A DNA stretch of 64,000 nt, taken from assembly GCF_018350175.1 (NCBI RefSeq), contig NC_058368.1:115818001-115882000 (forward strand), written 5' to 3'. The translations under genes and the position numbers were made by a program. The notes under the pieces were generated by a model, which searched no databases, had not been told where the DNA came from, and saw nothing but the letters and a program-made list of their open reading frames with translations. The number at the start of each line of letters is the position of its first letter. The stretch's first letter is position 1. The DNA is from Felis catus. Taxonomy: Eukaryota. Below, one piece after another: positions 10,428-23,126 of this stretch.

Positions 10428-13400
10428 TAAGGTCATTCTTCTGCTGAGCCACGATTGCTTCTCCCACTGTGGTTTCCAGCCCTTGGAACCAGTACCAACC
10501 CCTTGGGGACACGTGGGACAAGGCTATGTGGCTGTTCACACCTCAGACCTGGAGGCAGTGCTTTTGGGGCTTCAGACATGACCGGGCCAGCTCTGACTCC
10601 TGCCCGGGCACCCTCTCTGCATGGGGTCTGGTATTGTCTGCGTCTATGTTATGGCCCAGGGCCCATAGTGCATTGCTAGTGTGAGGTATGGAGATCATGG
10701 TTCTGTGTCCCAAGAATGTGTTGGGGCCTGAGCTAAAGCAAGCAAAGGAACAGGCTTCTTGGGATGGGTAGGATTTGTCAGGGCAAGAGCTGGAGCGACC
10801 TGGTGGGCAGGCGCTCACCCCTGACTCAGCTGACTTGTGTTTACTGAGTGCCTACTGTGTGCCAGGTTCTGTGCTTTGTCCAAGACACAAATGATCTAGC
10901 TTCGTAGGGGTAACCCCTCCTTCCCCTCAAGGAGTTTAGTTTGTCCCTCTCTGTTATTGTTTTGTTACATAAGAAATACATTTCTGTTGTAGAAACATTA
11001 TACAATACAAGTAAGGTGAAAGAAAAGCACATCTAAATCCATTCAGTTACCTCCAGGGGAAAAAACCACCATCGACATTTTCAAATATCTCCTGCAAGAC
11101 TTTTCTAAAATGTTTTATGTCCTACTGTTTGGTAAATATATTGTAAAAACACTTTCCCAAATCTAGAAATCTAAACCTCAACGATTCTAATGGCTGTATG
11201 ATGTCTCGTCGTTCAGATGAATTGATTGGGTTGTCTCGAATGTTCTGGTAATATTAACAATACTGCAATAAACTGCTCTGTAAATTCAACTTTGTAGCCA
11301 AAGGGAGGTGTCACAGTCCTAAGGGTCCGTGTTCCCCCCCCACACAGAAGGGATCTCAAAGGCCCCCCCAGCACATAAGAGAGTGGGCAGGTGAGAGACA
11401 TCGGGTAGGAGAAAGAGGAAGATCTGGGTGCACAAGAAGGGGGTCCCCAAACTGTCACTGATACCCTGCTTCCCTGCGGCTGCTCCTTCCCCCCACGTGG
11501 AAGGGCAGACAGCAAGCCGATGGCCTAGGTGGCCCTGGGTGATGGCAGTCCTCCCTTTTCCTCCCACAGCATCTCCTCCTCAAACCAAGCCCTCTCTGCT
11601 GAGCTACCATGCTTCTTGAGAGGTTATTTCATCCAGCCCCCTTCCTCCTGGCACAGTGCCCACCTAAGCAGCAGGACCGGTGCTCTCTGGAGTGGGGATG
11701 TGGGGAGGTCTCCTTTGGCAGCTTTAGGACAGTAAGAGGAAGATCTCCCGAGGATGACCCAGGTTGCCACGAAAAGATTTCCCTTGAGGATGGGTCCTGT
11801 CAAACATTAAGACGGATCTCCACAGTTGCCACAAGCTGGGCCACACGCAGGGTGTCTGGTGGCTTCTGCTTCCTCATCACCTGACGCCAAGCCAGGGCAT
11901 CTGGCCTGTATGGGTGTGCGAGGGAATCCCCACCAAGCATCTCACTGAAGATAACAACAGCAAGAACAACCAGGGCAGCTCCTTTCACACATCCCAGCCC
12001 TGAGGCCAGGAGGTACCGCTGCTGCCAGCAGCTTGACCTCATTCCTCTCGGCAGTGGGCGGTGGGTGCGGAGCCCGCTGAGATCTGAGAGCACGACAGAC
12101 GCCCAGGACAGGGCCAGGCAGCCCAGCCGGGGAGGACCTGGCCCGGCCTCCCTCCTAGTAACAAGGCGGCAGGGACAGCGGACTCTTAAAAGGGTTAATG
12201 ACCCTCACCTCATGACTAAGGCTGAGCAGTCCCCTTTGCAGGGCAACACCTGGAGACGATGCGGCCAGCCTGCCTGGCATCAAAGTCTCCCACTGCCATG
12301 CTGCTGGCGGGCTGCGGGCTGGCCCCCTCCCCATAAAGTGACTGCAGCCTATTGGAGGTTAATTACAGACTCCAAGTTCAAATGAGAAAGAAAAGACCCA
12401 CTAAAAGCACAGCTGGTTTAAGTGGGCACAGAGGGCCTACTCTGTGAAACGGGCAGCCGGGTATCCTCCCTATGGCCTGCAGAAGAGCCATTCACACTCA
12501 CAGGCCAGGCCTCCCAAAGGGAGTGTCCACCCTGCTGGGGCCCCTTGGCTTTCCCTGAGCCACATTCCCTCAGCCAACCAGGCCCAGCCTGGTGCCTGGG
12601 CCTGCCCTGCCCTATTCTCACACCCGTCCAACAAATACCCACCTCCAACAATCTCTATGATATATCAGGCACCCGGCATCAGAGATAGGGTTTTGAGCAA
12701 GACAACATGGCTCCTGCATTCTGCCTCCGGTGAGACTGAGACTGGCAGGAGGCAGAGCCTCCCAGAAGACCATTTCACTGCATCCCTATCAGGCCTTCAG
12801 CTCTACAGGCCAGGTGCCTGGCACCTCAGCTACAAGGTAGAGAGAAGAAGGGCCAGGGTTAGCTGGGGATGGGAGCTAGGAGGGGAGGCAGACCCTGTTC
12901 CAGGAGGGCGGGTGCAGAGGAAGGCGAAAGGAAGGAGGAGGAGGAGACAAAATCTGGAAGCTCCAATACCAACAGAAACGGTTCCTGCTTCAGAGCTTCT
13001 CCTGCCCATCCAGGAGCGCCCATCCACGGACACCCAACCATACAGTGCAAATGTAGGGCATAAATAGGCCGGGTCTGACCACCAGGGCCAACAGTATGGC
13101 CACCCCAGCCCCCTCTGCCAGGAGCCAGGCACCCTGGCAGAAATGCTGGCTCCCTTGGGGCCCTGCCGAGCCAGAGATGCTCAGCTCCTGGAGGATTCAG
13201 GCAGGTATGGGCTGCAGTCCCTAGGGTAGTCTCAGGGCTGAGATGTGGGGATATGAGCAGCAGTGATGGGGGAGTGAAGGGATGTCACCTATGTCTGGGG
13301 AACACAGCACAGGTTCACGGGACAGAGGTGCCCATTGCTGGGACAGCATATGGTGCTCAGAACAGATACACGGTCTCCCTGGGTTCTTACCAGTACTTGG

Positions 13401-15029
13401 GGCGCAGGCCACAGCCACCCAGAGTTGACACGGATGAGGCACAGAGGAAGTAGCACAGCAACAGAGGAGAGAGTGGCAGCCGGGGACACTGCAGTTCAGC
13501 TCTTTGTCCCCGTCTCCTGATTTTCTAGCTTCGGCCCTTAGGTAAGTGGTTTAGCCTCTCTGGGCCTCAGCTGACTCATCTGTAAACCACTTTCTGCCTA
13601 CGTTAGAGGAATGGAGGAAAAGAAGGCTCTCTCTGGAGAGGCGGAAGGCTTCTTACCATTATCACCCCTTCAGCTGCTGGGGGTGGAAATGTGGACAAAG
13701 CAGAGATGACAGTCCTGGAAGGCCTTTACCATTTGCCCAAACTCTGTTTAATCTCCCCACTGGGGAAGACTGGGCTCTGGGCCAAAGTCTTGGACCCAGC
13801 CCCGAAGAACCCTCGGAGGGGAGTGCCTGCAGCTGCTGCACAAGAGAGAGAGCCCAGAGAGAGAGCCAAGGAGGAGATCCCAGAGCCCCTACCCCCTTCA
13901 GGACGGGCCTGCACTTCCCACCTCCTCAGCCTGGCTGGAGAAAGTTGTTTCTGAAGTTCTGGGTCATGAGGAAATGTAGCGGGGGTGGAGAAAGGGGAGG
14001 CACCTTATACGCTAGACAAGACGGGCTTCTCAAACTGGGATACATGCAAAGCCGCAGGATGATCTCAGGGCCTCTTTCTGAAGGCTCTGCCAAGATCGTT
14101 AGTAAGAAAAAGCAGCATCTTTGTATTAAAGCAAACAGACATATGATGGGGATTTTTAAGATAAAACAAAAATGAAAGAATTCCAAGAAACATTGGATTT
14201 CAGGGGGGAAGGTCTTAGCAGGCACGATAGGAGAGACGTACAGGCCCATGTGCTCACCAAATGCAGGTACCACCGTGGGTATAGGGGGCCCAGGTTGCTG
14301 GAGGCCCAGACTCCTTCCCTGCAAATCCATCAACAAGCATGCAGAGCCTGGTCTAGGCACTCTGGGGTCTTGGAAGGCTCAGATGTGGGCCTTGGGGTCC
14401 AGGCTAATGGGGGGGGGGGGCGCGGCTGGAAGGCATTCACTCCAAAATGAATGACTGCCTAGATATTTAGTCACTGGCTCAAACAGAGCATGTGGGAAAC
14501 CAGTTTCTCCATCATCTCTCTCAGACCACTCTTTCTCCTGGGTTCCCTCTTTCAGTCACCTGGTCATCTGTGACAACTGTGTCACTCTTGACTCTCTCCA
14601 AAGGTTAAGACCATTCACCTTCTACCAAGCCTCTTTACCCTCCCAACCCTCCCTTGTCTGCCTGGTTCAGGTCATACTGCTTCCTCTACCCCCAACAGCG
14701 ATGTACTGGCAGTGAACATGGGGCAGATTCACCTCTATGTGCCTCTCTTCCATTCAGAAACCTCCCTTGGCTCCACGATGTCTGTAGAAGAAAGGCCACC
14801 TGCCTTCCTGGCTAACAGCCAGAGCCCTTGGGGGAAGCTTGCTGGGTCAGTGAATAGGCCCCCTTCCCATACACACCTCTCTGCTTTCCCCCCTACAACT
14901 CCCCTTCAGGAAGTGCATATTCCAGGCAAATCAAATCACCAGCTGCTCCCCAAATATGTCTATTCTGTATTCTGCCGGTCTCTGTGCCCTCTGCTCATGC
15001 TTCCCCGCCATGCCATTCCCCACACAGAA

Positions 15030-15265
15030 GCACAGTTGAGTGGGTCAGATGCGTAGGCCGTGGCATCAGACCCATCTCGGTTTGCATCTTGGTTCTGCCC
15101 AGTGTCTTGTATAACTAGACAAGTTGCTTAATGTCTCTGAGCCTTTATTTCTTGTCTGCAAAACAGGGGCAATCTCACCCACCTCCTACAACTGTGGCGG
15201 AATTAAATGGGGGTAATGTATGTCAAGAACGGCTCAGTATCTGGGATAGAGAGCTCAGTAACCAG
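15030..15265 (+). mobile_element. MIR
   Basis: tagacaagttgcttaatgtctctgagcctttattttcttgtctgcaaaacagggg MIR core. Confidence 0.7.
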
Positions 15266-16704
15266 CCGCTCTTAACCTTGATTACTCAGGATGTCCTCAG
15301 GTGCCCTTGCCCTCTCTAAACGACCCAACCAGGAGCAATCTGCCTCATGCAGACTCCCTGAGCATTTCCCTGCCCTATTTGGGGGGTTTTCTACCTTGGG
15401 GGAAACCAAGTTCTTAACGTTCTAGACCGTGGAGACCTTGGGGAGAGGATGTGTTGGAGAATCGCTCTATTCCTGGCCTCAGGCACCGAGTAGGTGCTCA
15501 CTGGTCGCTGGCTGAATGAATGAGTGATGTAGAGCTGTATTGTGACAGGCGGTGAGTCACAGGGGTCCTGAGCAAGGCTGATGCGAGCACTCAGGGGAGG
15601 ATGGGGCCCCTCGACAGCTAAGCCCAGAGCCCTTTCCCGCCTGACACTGCTCCCCAACTCAACCCTCGCCTTCCCCTCAGTCCAGACAGACGTCTGCTGC
15701 AGGACAGCAGAGCAGGTGATGAAATGGGGTGTTTCACTGAGGACTACTCTTGCTCGGCCCACCAGGCTGCCCAACCCCCGGGGGGCCTCTGGCCACAGGC
15801 AGGAAGAGCAGCCAGGGCAGCCTTCTCCTGTGAGACTGCTCTCCTCAAACGAAGGAGGGGTCAGTGGGGTCTCCGTGCACAGGAGTGACAGGGCTTGGGG
15901 ATGTTCTCCTTTGTTCATGCACCCAAGTATGTATCGGATACTCGGCACGTGTCAGGTACTGAGGGCCAAGCGGTCATGGTCTTGGCCCCGGTGGAGATTC
16001 CAGCTGAGTGGGCTTCACCCAGACAGTGGGATGGGTACTGTGATGGGGAGGGGCACAGAGGATAGACCTTACCCTCCCTCCTCACCTTGGGGCAGGATGC
16101 GCTGTGTGGAGCAGGCAAAGCCCGAAGAATGACGGGAGTTAGCCGAAAGAAGGGAAACAGCACTCCAGGCAAAAAGGAATGGCAAGTTCAAGGGGCCAGG
16201 GCAGGAGACCACAGTGCACCGGGAGAGAGAAATTCTACCTGACGGGGTCATCATATGTGAGGGTGGAGACGTGAGGCTACAGCAGGCCGAGGAGGGGGCA
16301 ACGCCTCACAAAGCTGTTGCTATCCTTGCCCTGGAGCCACCAAACCCCTTGCCTTGTTGGTGTGTGGACTTCTCTCTCTGGGCCTCAGTTTCCCCATCTG
16401 TACAGTGAAGGGACTGCACCATGAGCTCAGATCCAGCCTCACCCGACTCCATCAGAAATCACAGATAAGGCTGTTTCAGATAAGTCTAAACCCATCGGCC
16501 TAACCTTCAGAAAACGCACTGTTTGGCCCCGTTGGTCTGTCCCTCCTACACACCGTGTTTGGCAGCACGTCTTCAGGACTGCACTTTATTTCCCAGCATC
16601 CTCTGTTCTGCACATTTATTTGTTCAAGTGGTTTCCTCAGCCCGAAGGTCCAGCCTGGTAGACTTTGGAGGATGGAAGGACTGGGGTTAAAAGAGTTCTC
16701 TACC

Positions 16705-16939
16705 GGGGCGCCTGGGTGGCGCAGTCGGTTGGGCGTCCGACTTCAGCCAGGTCACGATCTCACGGTCCGTGAGGTCCGTGAGTTCGAGCCCCGCGTCGGG
16801 CTCTGGGCTGATGGCTCAGAGCCTGGAGCCTGTTTCTGATTCTGTGTCTCCCTCTCTCTCTGCCCCTCCCCCGTTCATGCTCTGTCTTTCTCGGTCCCCA
16901 AAATAAATAAATGTTGAAAAAAAAATATTTAAAAAAAAA
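16705..16939 (+). mobile_element. Young felid SINEC_Fc
   Basis: Perfect 16-bp TSD aaaagagttctctacc at 16689-16704 and 16940-16955. Confidence 0.95.
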
Positions 16940-17256
16940 AAAAGAGTTCTCTACCACAGTCCTTCTATCCTCCAGTGTCTATCAAAACCCCATCTCCTCC
17001 AGGAAGCCTTCCAGATTCCTCTGATGGGAATGAGTCCTCCTTTCCATTCTTTGTCAGCCCTGGCCAGGGTCAGCCTTGCAATTGCAGTTAAGTCTGTCCA
17101 TGCTTACCTTGTCCCACAAGGTGGCGACCCCACGCCCCAACGATGGCCCGTAGCCCCCAAGCATCATGCCTGACACTGATGCGTTGGTTTAACACCCATG
17201 GGCCTGACAGGCCCTCTACAGGGTTCTGCTCTGGGAGGCTAGCTGCCCAGCTCCAC

Positions 17257-17395
17257 CAGTGGTTCCCATACTTCATCACAACCAACCAGAGGGCTTGCTA
17301 AAACACACATACTGGCCCCTAGCCCCCCAAGTTTCTGTTTCAGTAGGTCAGGAGTGAGACCCAAGAATTTGCATTTCTAGCAAGTTCCCAGTTTA
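17257..17395. mobile_element. MER5A-like hAT MITE
   Basis: cagtggttccca start and gtttctgtttcagtaggtc...aagaatttgcatttctagcaagttcccag, characteristic of MER5A. Confidence 0.75.
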
Positions 17396-20300
17396 CGCCT
17401 TAAATCAGGCTCCTGATGATCTAAACATTCATCTTTTGCACAAGGGACTTAATAGGACACCAGAAAACTACCCAGACTTGTGCCAGATCTTGCTGGACTC
17501 TTTGGACCCCTTGCTTGGTTTTTGGCTAGGCAACTTGACCCTAATAACCTCAATCTTCCCAGGAATACTTGCCTCAGGGCCACCTGAGAAGGCGAGTGCC
17601 ACCTCAGGGCCTTGGATCTGCCCGCTTGTGTCAGTGTCGTGTGGTTCTTGTTCACACCTGACTGTCCCAGTCCCACTGTGAGCTCCTGTTGAGAGCAGGG
17701 ACTCAATCTGCTCATCTCAGTATCCCCTAAACCCTGCCCAAGAGCCCAGGATGTAAATGCCTGACCAGCTGATGTGATGGGAAGGACCCATTCCTACAGG
17801 TGGACAAGTGCCCCTTTCTGGTTTTTCTTGAGGGCACAAACTGGAAAAGCCAGAGCCTAGGGGGTGGGCGGTGCATGGTGAGGCAGGGCAGGGTGCAGAC
17901 CTGAGCCTAGTGACCCCGCCACTAATTCGTGGCCATATCACAGGCAAGTCATGAAGGCTCCTTGCATTAGTTTTCTCATCTGTAAAGTGGGGATGATAAA
18001 ATAATACCTACACTTCACAGAATCAGTATTGGCATGTAGTGAGTGCTCGGTGAATGATAGCTGCTTCCCCCTCCCCCAGTGCAAGTTGGGCATGAACATG
18101 ATCCTATCTCTTGGAAGGCCCTTTCTCACACTGCTGAGTTCCTACTCACCATCCAGGTCTCAGCTTAAAAGTCACCTCCTCTGCGAAGCCCTCCCTACAA
18201 ATAATTCTCCTCCTCACCATACGTTGTACGTTTCTCTGGCTTTATACTTGGTTCTAATCACAGGTATTTGTGTAAAGATCTGTCTGAGCTTACTGAGGGC
18301 TGGGGCTGTGATTTATTCATGTAGTAGGAGCTCGGTGAAAGTTTGTAAAACCGAATTCACAAAAATGAGTGAAAGGACGTGCAGTATGTATAGTTACCAT
18401 GTGGCCAGGGCCTGGAAATCCTGATAAACGGTCACGCCAAGGCTGGGTTGGAGGAGAACAGCAAGGACACAGTGCACTTGACTCTGCTATTTATAAATGG
18501 TGTGCTGGAGGCTGAGAAATGGTGGGAAAACACAATGGGAACGTGATTCCGATAGGCTCCTGGTCTCAAGTTTTGGCAACGCTTTGCCAGCTTTAAAGAA
18601 AAAGACAACCCTCTCTTCTCTGTGCCAACTGTCCTTTCGGGCCAGCCTTGTAAGCCAGAGAGCAGAGGAAGCTGGAAAGGTGAGTGGGGCTGACCAGGCA
18701 CCCTGGGAAGCCCGCTTCAAGGCCAGGGCCAGGGCTTGTCCATGTTGGGCCAGCACCTTTTCCTCCACACACTCTTCACTCTGGTGCCACGCTAAGGTCA
18801 GGCTGTCTTGACGTGGCCCTGGAGCTTCTGCAGCAAGGGCAGAGGACAAGAATAGGGATCACTTGAAGATTCCTGCCAATATCTGAGTCCAAAGTCCTCT
18901 GCTTCCCACAGAGCTCCGGCTTCTTCCTCCAGCAGCTAGCTCATGGAATCCACGTAGGTCAGAAGGCCCGAGGGAAGGAAGGGACGAGCTCATACTTTTT
19001 AAAGGGAGAATATCCCCTCTGCTTGCAGCCTGAAGCCTTCTGTGCAATTTTACGTCTGTCCCAGACCTACTGGCCACCCAGTTCCCCACCCCTTGTGACT
19101 CACTGCCCTACTCCAGCCTCACTGCTATGCCAGTCTGGAAAGACTAGAGCTCTCGGTCCCCTCGTCCCCCCTGCTGAGTGCCTGAGACCTGGGCTGAGGG
19201 ACGATGAGTCCTGGTCTGTAAACTGCTTTGAGCTGTCAGGATGAAAGACTGTTGGGAAGTACAAAGTCACTCTTTGCTTGTTGGTATTGATCCTAATGAA
19301 CTCTCAGGTGCCAGGGAGCCGGAGCAGAGCATGAGGTCCACGCTGAGCCCCAGAGTGGCAGGAGGACTGTTCTAGGTGCCTGGCTCGGCAGGGTCAGCCA
19401 GGGGCCAAGGCCAGAGTTGGAGAGGGCCAAAACAAGCAACAGATGCGGCTCAGATGTGTGTGTGTGGGCACATCACCACCTCTGACCCGACCCTGGACAG
19501 CCTAAAGAGAGTAGTTTGTCCTAGAAGTCTGGATGCTATTTTTACCAGAGGCCAAAGATGAACAAGATGGGAGAGAGAGGCCGTGCAAGGATTTCTCTGT
19601 TTCCATTCAAATGAGATGCGTCCAGAGTTCTCAGCTGGTGATGTTAATCCACCTTCATACTCCCAGGGCACCCTGCTGAAGACCAAAGTCTGGGCCCTGC
19701 CCTGCCCTGCTGGGGCAGATACAACTTCCCAATTTACAGGGAGCACCAAGGGAGAGGACCCTTCCATCCAGCCCTGACTGGTCTTTGGGGGGGGGGGGGC
19801 ACACAGGTTCTAAGTCACTGGTCTTTCCTAATTCCAAAGTCTTTCTTCAAAACCACCTTCAGAGGTTTTCAGTTTTTGGGGGGCCAGCTCCTCCTCGACC
19901 CCAATCTCACGGCTCTCCTTCCCTTGGGATTCTCAGAGACACAGGGCCTGAGGACTGAGGTTCTGCCCTTACCATGGAGAAGGTAAGAGTTGAGAGCAGA
20001 ACCTATTTCCAGAAGCCCAGACAGAGGGAGGGCAGTGCCCAGGGTCACACAGAGGCAGAGCAGGGAGTAGACCCCAGGTACAAGAGTGGGTTTATTATCC
20101 ATCTCTCAATGCTGCTGCCAAGGCCGGCAAGGCCATGCCAGTGCTCTCCCTTCCCCCAATCCCCTGGGATAAAGGGAAATGGGGGCGGGGAATGGGGGAA
20201 CTGGCTCCAGGTAGGGATACCAGGCATCAGCCCCACTAACTCTCACTGAGTCATGGAGCAGAGCCTGCCCTTCAGCCCCACCCGGTACTCCTGCACTGAG

Positions 20301-22900
20301 GCAGAAGAAAAGCTTCTCTCCCATTGCTGGCCTGGGTGTGTGTGTGTGGGGGGGTACCCCTCCTGCTGTTTGCCAAGGAGGATATGGGGGTTTGCTGGGT
20401 GTCTGGTGGATGGGTGAGGAGCCAATTAATGTCCCCTTCTCTTTATTCCTTTCTCCCTCCCACTTTCCAGGTCCCACCTCCACCCTCACCCCCACCCTCT
20501 AAGTTGAAGATTTTAGTGGATAACTTGCTCACACTCTCCATGTCTGCACCTCCTGATCTTTCAATCAAATGTGGCCCCATCCTGGCTAGGAACCCTCTCC
20601 AGCTGCCCAGTGCCCATGTTCTTCCCTGCTGGGATGTTCTGAGTATGCAATAAGAGGACCCTGCAGCCTCAGGTGGGCCTGGAGGGGAATTGTGAGGGAG
20701 GCCTCCAGCTCTGTAGGCCACTGTTGACTTAAGTATTCATTCTATGGAGTTTGAAATCACACCTCCTAGTCACATCACAGACTTAAGACTGTTGCTTTTC
20801 ATTGACATGGTACTTTCTCTTGGTATCTTGTTTTGGAGCATGACCCTTCCCCATGACCCCCCCCCCCCCATTCCACACTCTCCAAGGTCTCCACAGTTCC
20901 TCTAACTCAGGCCTTGGGTCTGTTTGGTATCTGCTCACCAGCCAACACCCTGAAGGAAGGCATTCTGAAGAGCTGGCTTCCCAGTGGGAAGCAGGTAATA
21001 AGATGAAGCAGAGAAGAAAAAAGACCGGGAAAGATTATAATTAGACATCAGGAAGGACTTTCTCACCAGGGTAGAAGATTCTGGAAGAGATCATTGAGAG
21101 GCCTGTGGAATCTCCTACTCATAGTCCACACCCACTTGTGTGCTATGAATACTCTACCCCTGGCAGTAGGTATTCTCCTTTCTCTGACACTATTGATTCT
21201 CACCCATCAAAGCCTGCTAAGTGGCTTCCTTGACATTGGGAAGGTGTCCTTACCTAGTCATCTTTCCAAGCTGCGCATGATAGGATGTGTTTGGGGTAGA
21301 GTAGCGGGGAGAAATGGGGTGGCTCACTGAACCAAATCCATGAATTTTGACCCTGAAAACAGGCCATCTTGAATTTCTTCAGGACTCAGATTGGGAGCTG
21401 ATCCCATATATACCACATATGCCCAGCTTAAGCTGACCCACATACTACTCAGGGCAGACCTACTGTGTGCATTTCCTTGGGGTGGACTCCTAGACACAGG
21501 TGCCTAGCAGAGATGGGCAAAGAGGTGTTCTTTATGAAGAATACAACACAGTCCTAGCCTTTAAATTCTTCTAGCTCCTTCCTTCTACCAGGCTGATGCC
21601 AACGTTTGGCTCCTAAGCTCTTCCCAACAAAGAGACTTCAGAGGCTACCTTGCAACTCTTCCCCCCTCATTATAAAGAAATTCGGAAAAGGAAAGGGATT
21701 TGGCCATATCCTCAACCACCATTGAAGCCTCCCAACTCTCAGTCTGGTGCTCTTTGGAAGCCATTTTTATGTGATAGCTCTAGCAGGAACTCGAGTGAGG
21801 AGGCAGAGATCCAGCAAAACGAACACATCATTGTTGAGACAGTGCTGATTTGAAGCTTTAAGACCTATCTCTGGAACTTATGTTGGGCCTTTAACCTCAG
21901 GAAGCCTCAGTTGCTCCCTCTGTAAAATGGAGCGAAGACCACCTGCCCCCAGAGTTGTTATGAGAAGAAAATGGGAGGTGAAGCATGCCTAGCCTACTGA
22001 CTAGTAGTCGTTAACAACATGCTTGCCTGAAGAAGAAAAAAGTGAGAATCCAGGGTTTCCCGAATGTGCCCAAGTAATGGCAGCCTAGTTCTACAAGGGA
22101 GGACCTGCACCCTCTAGGTCCACCTGAGAAGCCCAAGACCAGTGCACTCAGTGGGGCCTTTCCTCCTTCAGCCTGCAGCTGCCCAGGGAGGCCCCCAAAG
22201 CGGGTGTCAGCACAGGGCTCTGTTCACCCAGAGCACCTTCTCACCTCCCTCCCTGGGGACAGAATCCAAGGGCCCAAGAGAGCACTCCTGAAGACAAGAG
22301 GGAGACAAACGCCTGGTGCCTGGTCCAGTTCTGGGGGAAATGTCACAAAGCAGCGGCTCCCCACTCCCTGGCGCTCACCGGGTGGACAGGGCATCCCCTC
22401 CCAGGCTCCAGAGCTGGCAGGCGCTGCTGCTCTTGCTCCAATGGCAGAGCGGAACTCATGGAGGTGTGGCACATGGGTGGGAGTGCGCCCAGAGCACACT
22501 CCGAGGCAGGAGAGGCAGTGACAGCTCCCGGAGCGCTCCGCCGCCAGGCCAGGCCCCGCGTCTGCTGATCGCTTTCTGTCCGTGCCTCTGGCTCCATCCT
22601 GCCACTCACTCCGGGCTCGCGGTCTGCAGGCCGTCCCCGGGGGGGCAGCGCCTCTCTGCCGCCCCCTTCGTGGGGACGCAGCGGCCCGGGGACAGGCGCG
22701 CACAGCCACCGGCGGACTCTGGGCGCGCAGTCCCTTTGCCCACCCGGCCACGGAGCCCCGCTCGCAAGCAGGCACTCACGCTCCTCGGTGCCTGTCACCT
22801 CAGCGACGGCTCGCACAGCCCCAAACTCACCAGCTCGGTGCTGGGCGGCAGGTTTCTCCCAGTGAAACTGGCTTTCTGGGCGCGCTGAGGTGTGCCCTAC

Positions 22901-22991
22901 CTTTCTCCCCGGGTTCGGGCTCCCGCTCCCGCTTCCTTCCCTCTCGGTGCTTCTTGCCGCGGCCTCGGCCCCTCCTCCTGGACTCCGACAT
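22901..22991 (-). CDS. NRG2: NRG2 alternative first coding exon (short basic N-terminus MSESRRRGRGRGKKHREGRKREREPEPGEK)
   Basis: ATG at 22991 in context ggcagaATGT (A at -3); 91 nt = 30 codons + 1 nt; donor AAG|GTAGGG at 22900. The phase-1 G joins exon 3578 (G|CC = Ala) in frame. Resembles the NRG1 type I N-terminus and my recollection of a short human NRG2 isoform. Confidence 0.9.
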
Positions 22992-23113
22992 TCTGCCCGG
23001 GGTCCCAGGCGGTGGGACCGACGCGAGGCGCGGGAGGCAGAGACGGCCTCCGCTCTCCGCTGGCGCGCTGCGCCCCCGCTGCCTGCAGCCCCAGTGCCCG
23101 AGCGCGGCGCCTT

Positions 23114-23126
23114 TCTTATAGGGCGG
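23114..23126 (-). promoter_or_regulatory. TATA-like box (TATAAGA) with adjacent GC box
   Basis: Minus strand reads cTATAAGAAAGG (23120-23114), the only AT-rich patch upstream of the ATG. GGGCGG at 23121-23126. Predicts a TSS near 23090 and a ~100-nt ATG-free 5' UTR. Confidence 0.6.

Noticed and set aside
12444..13067. Longest ORF in the track (207 aa)
   Set aside because: Non-ATG start, no domain resemblance, no splice or promoter support.
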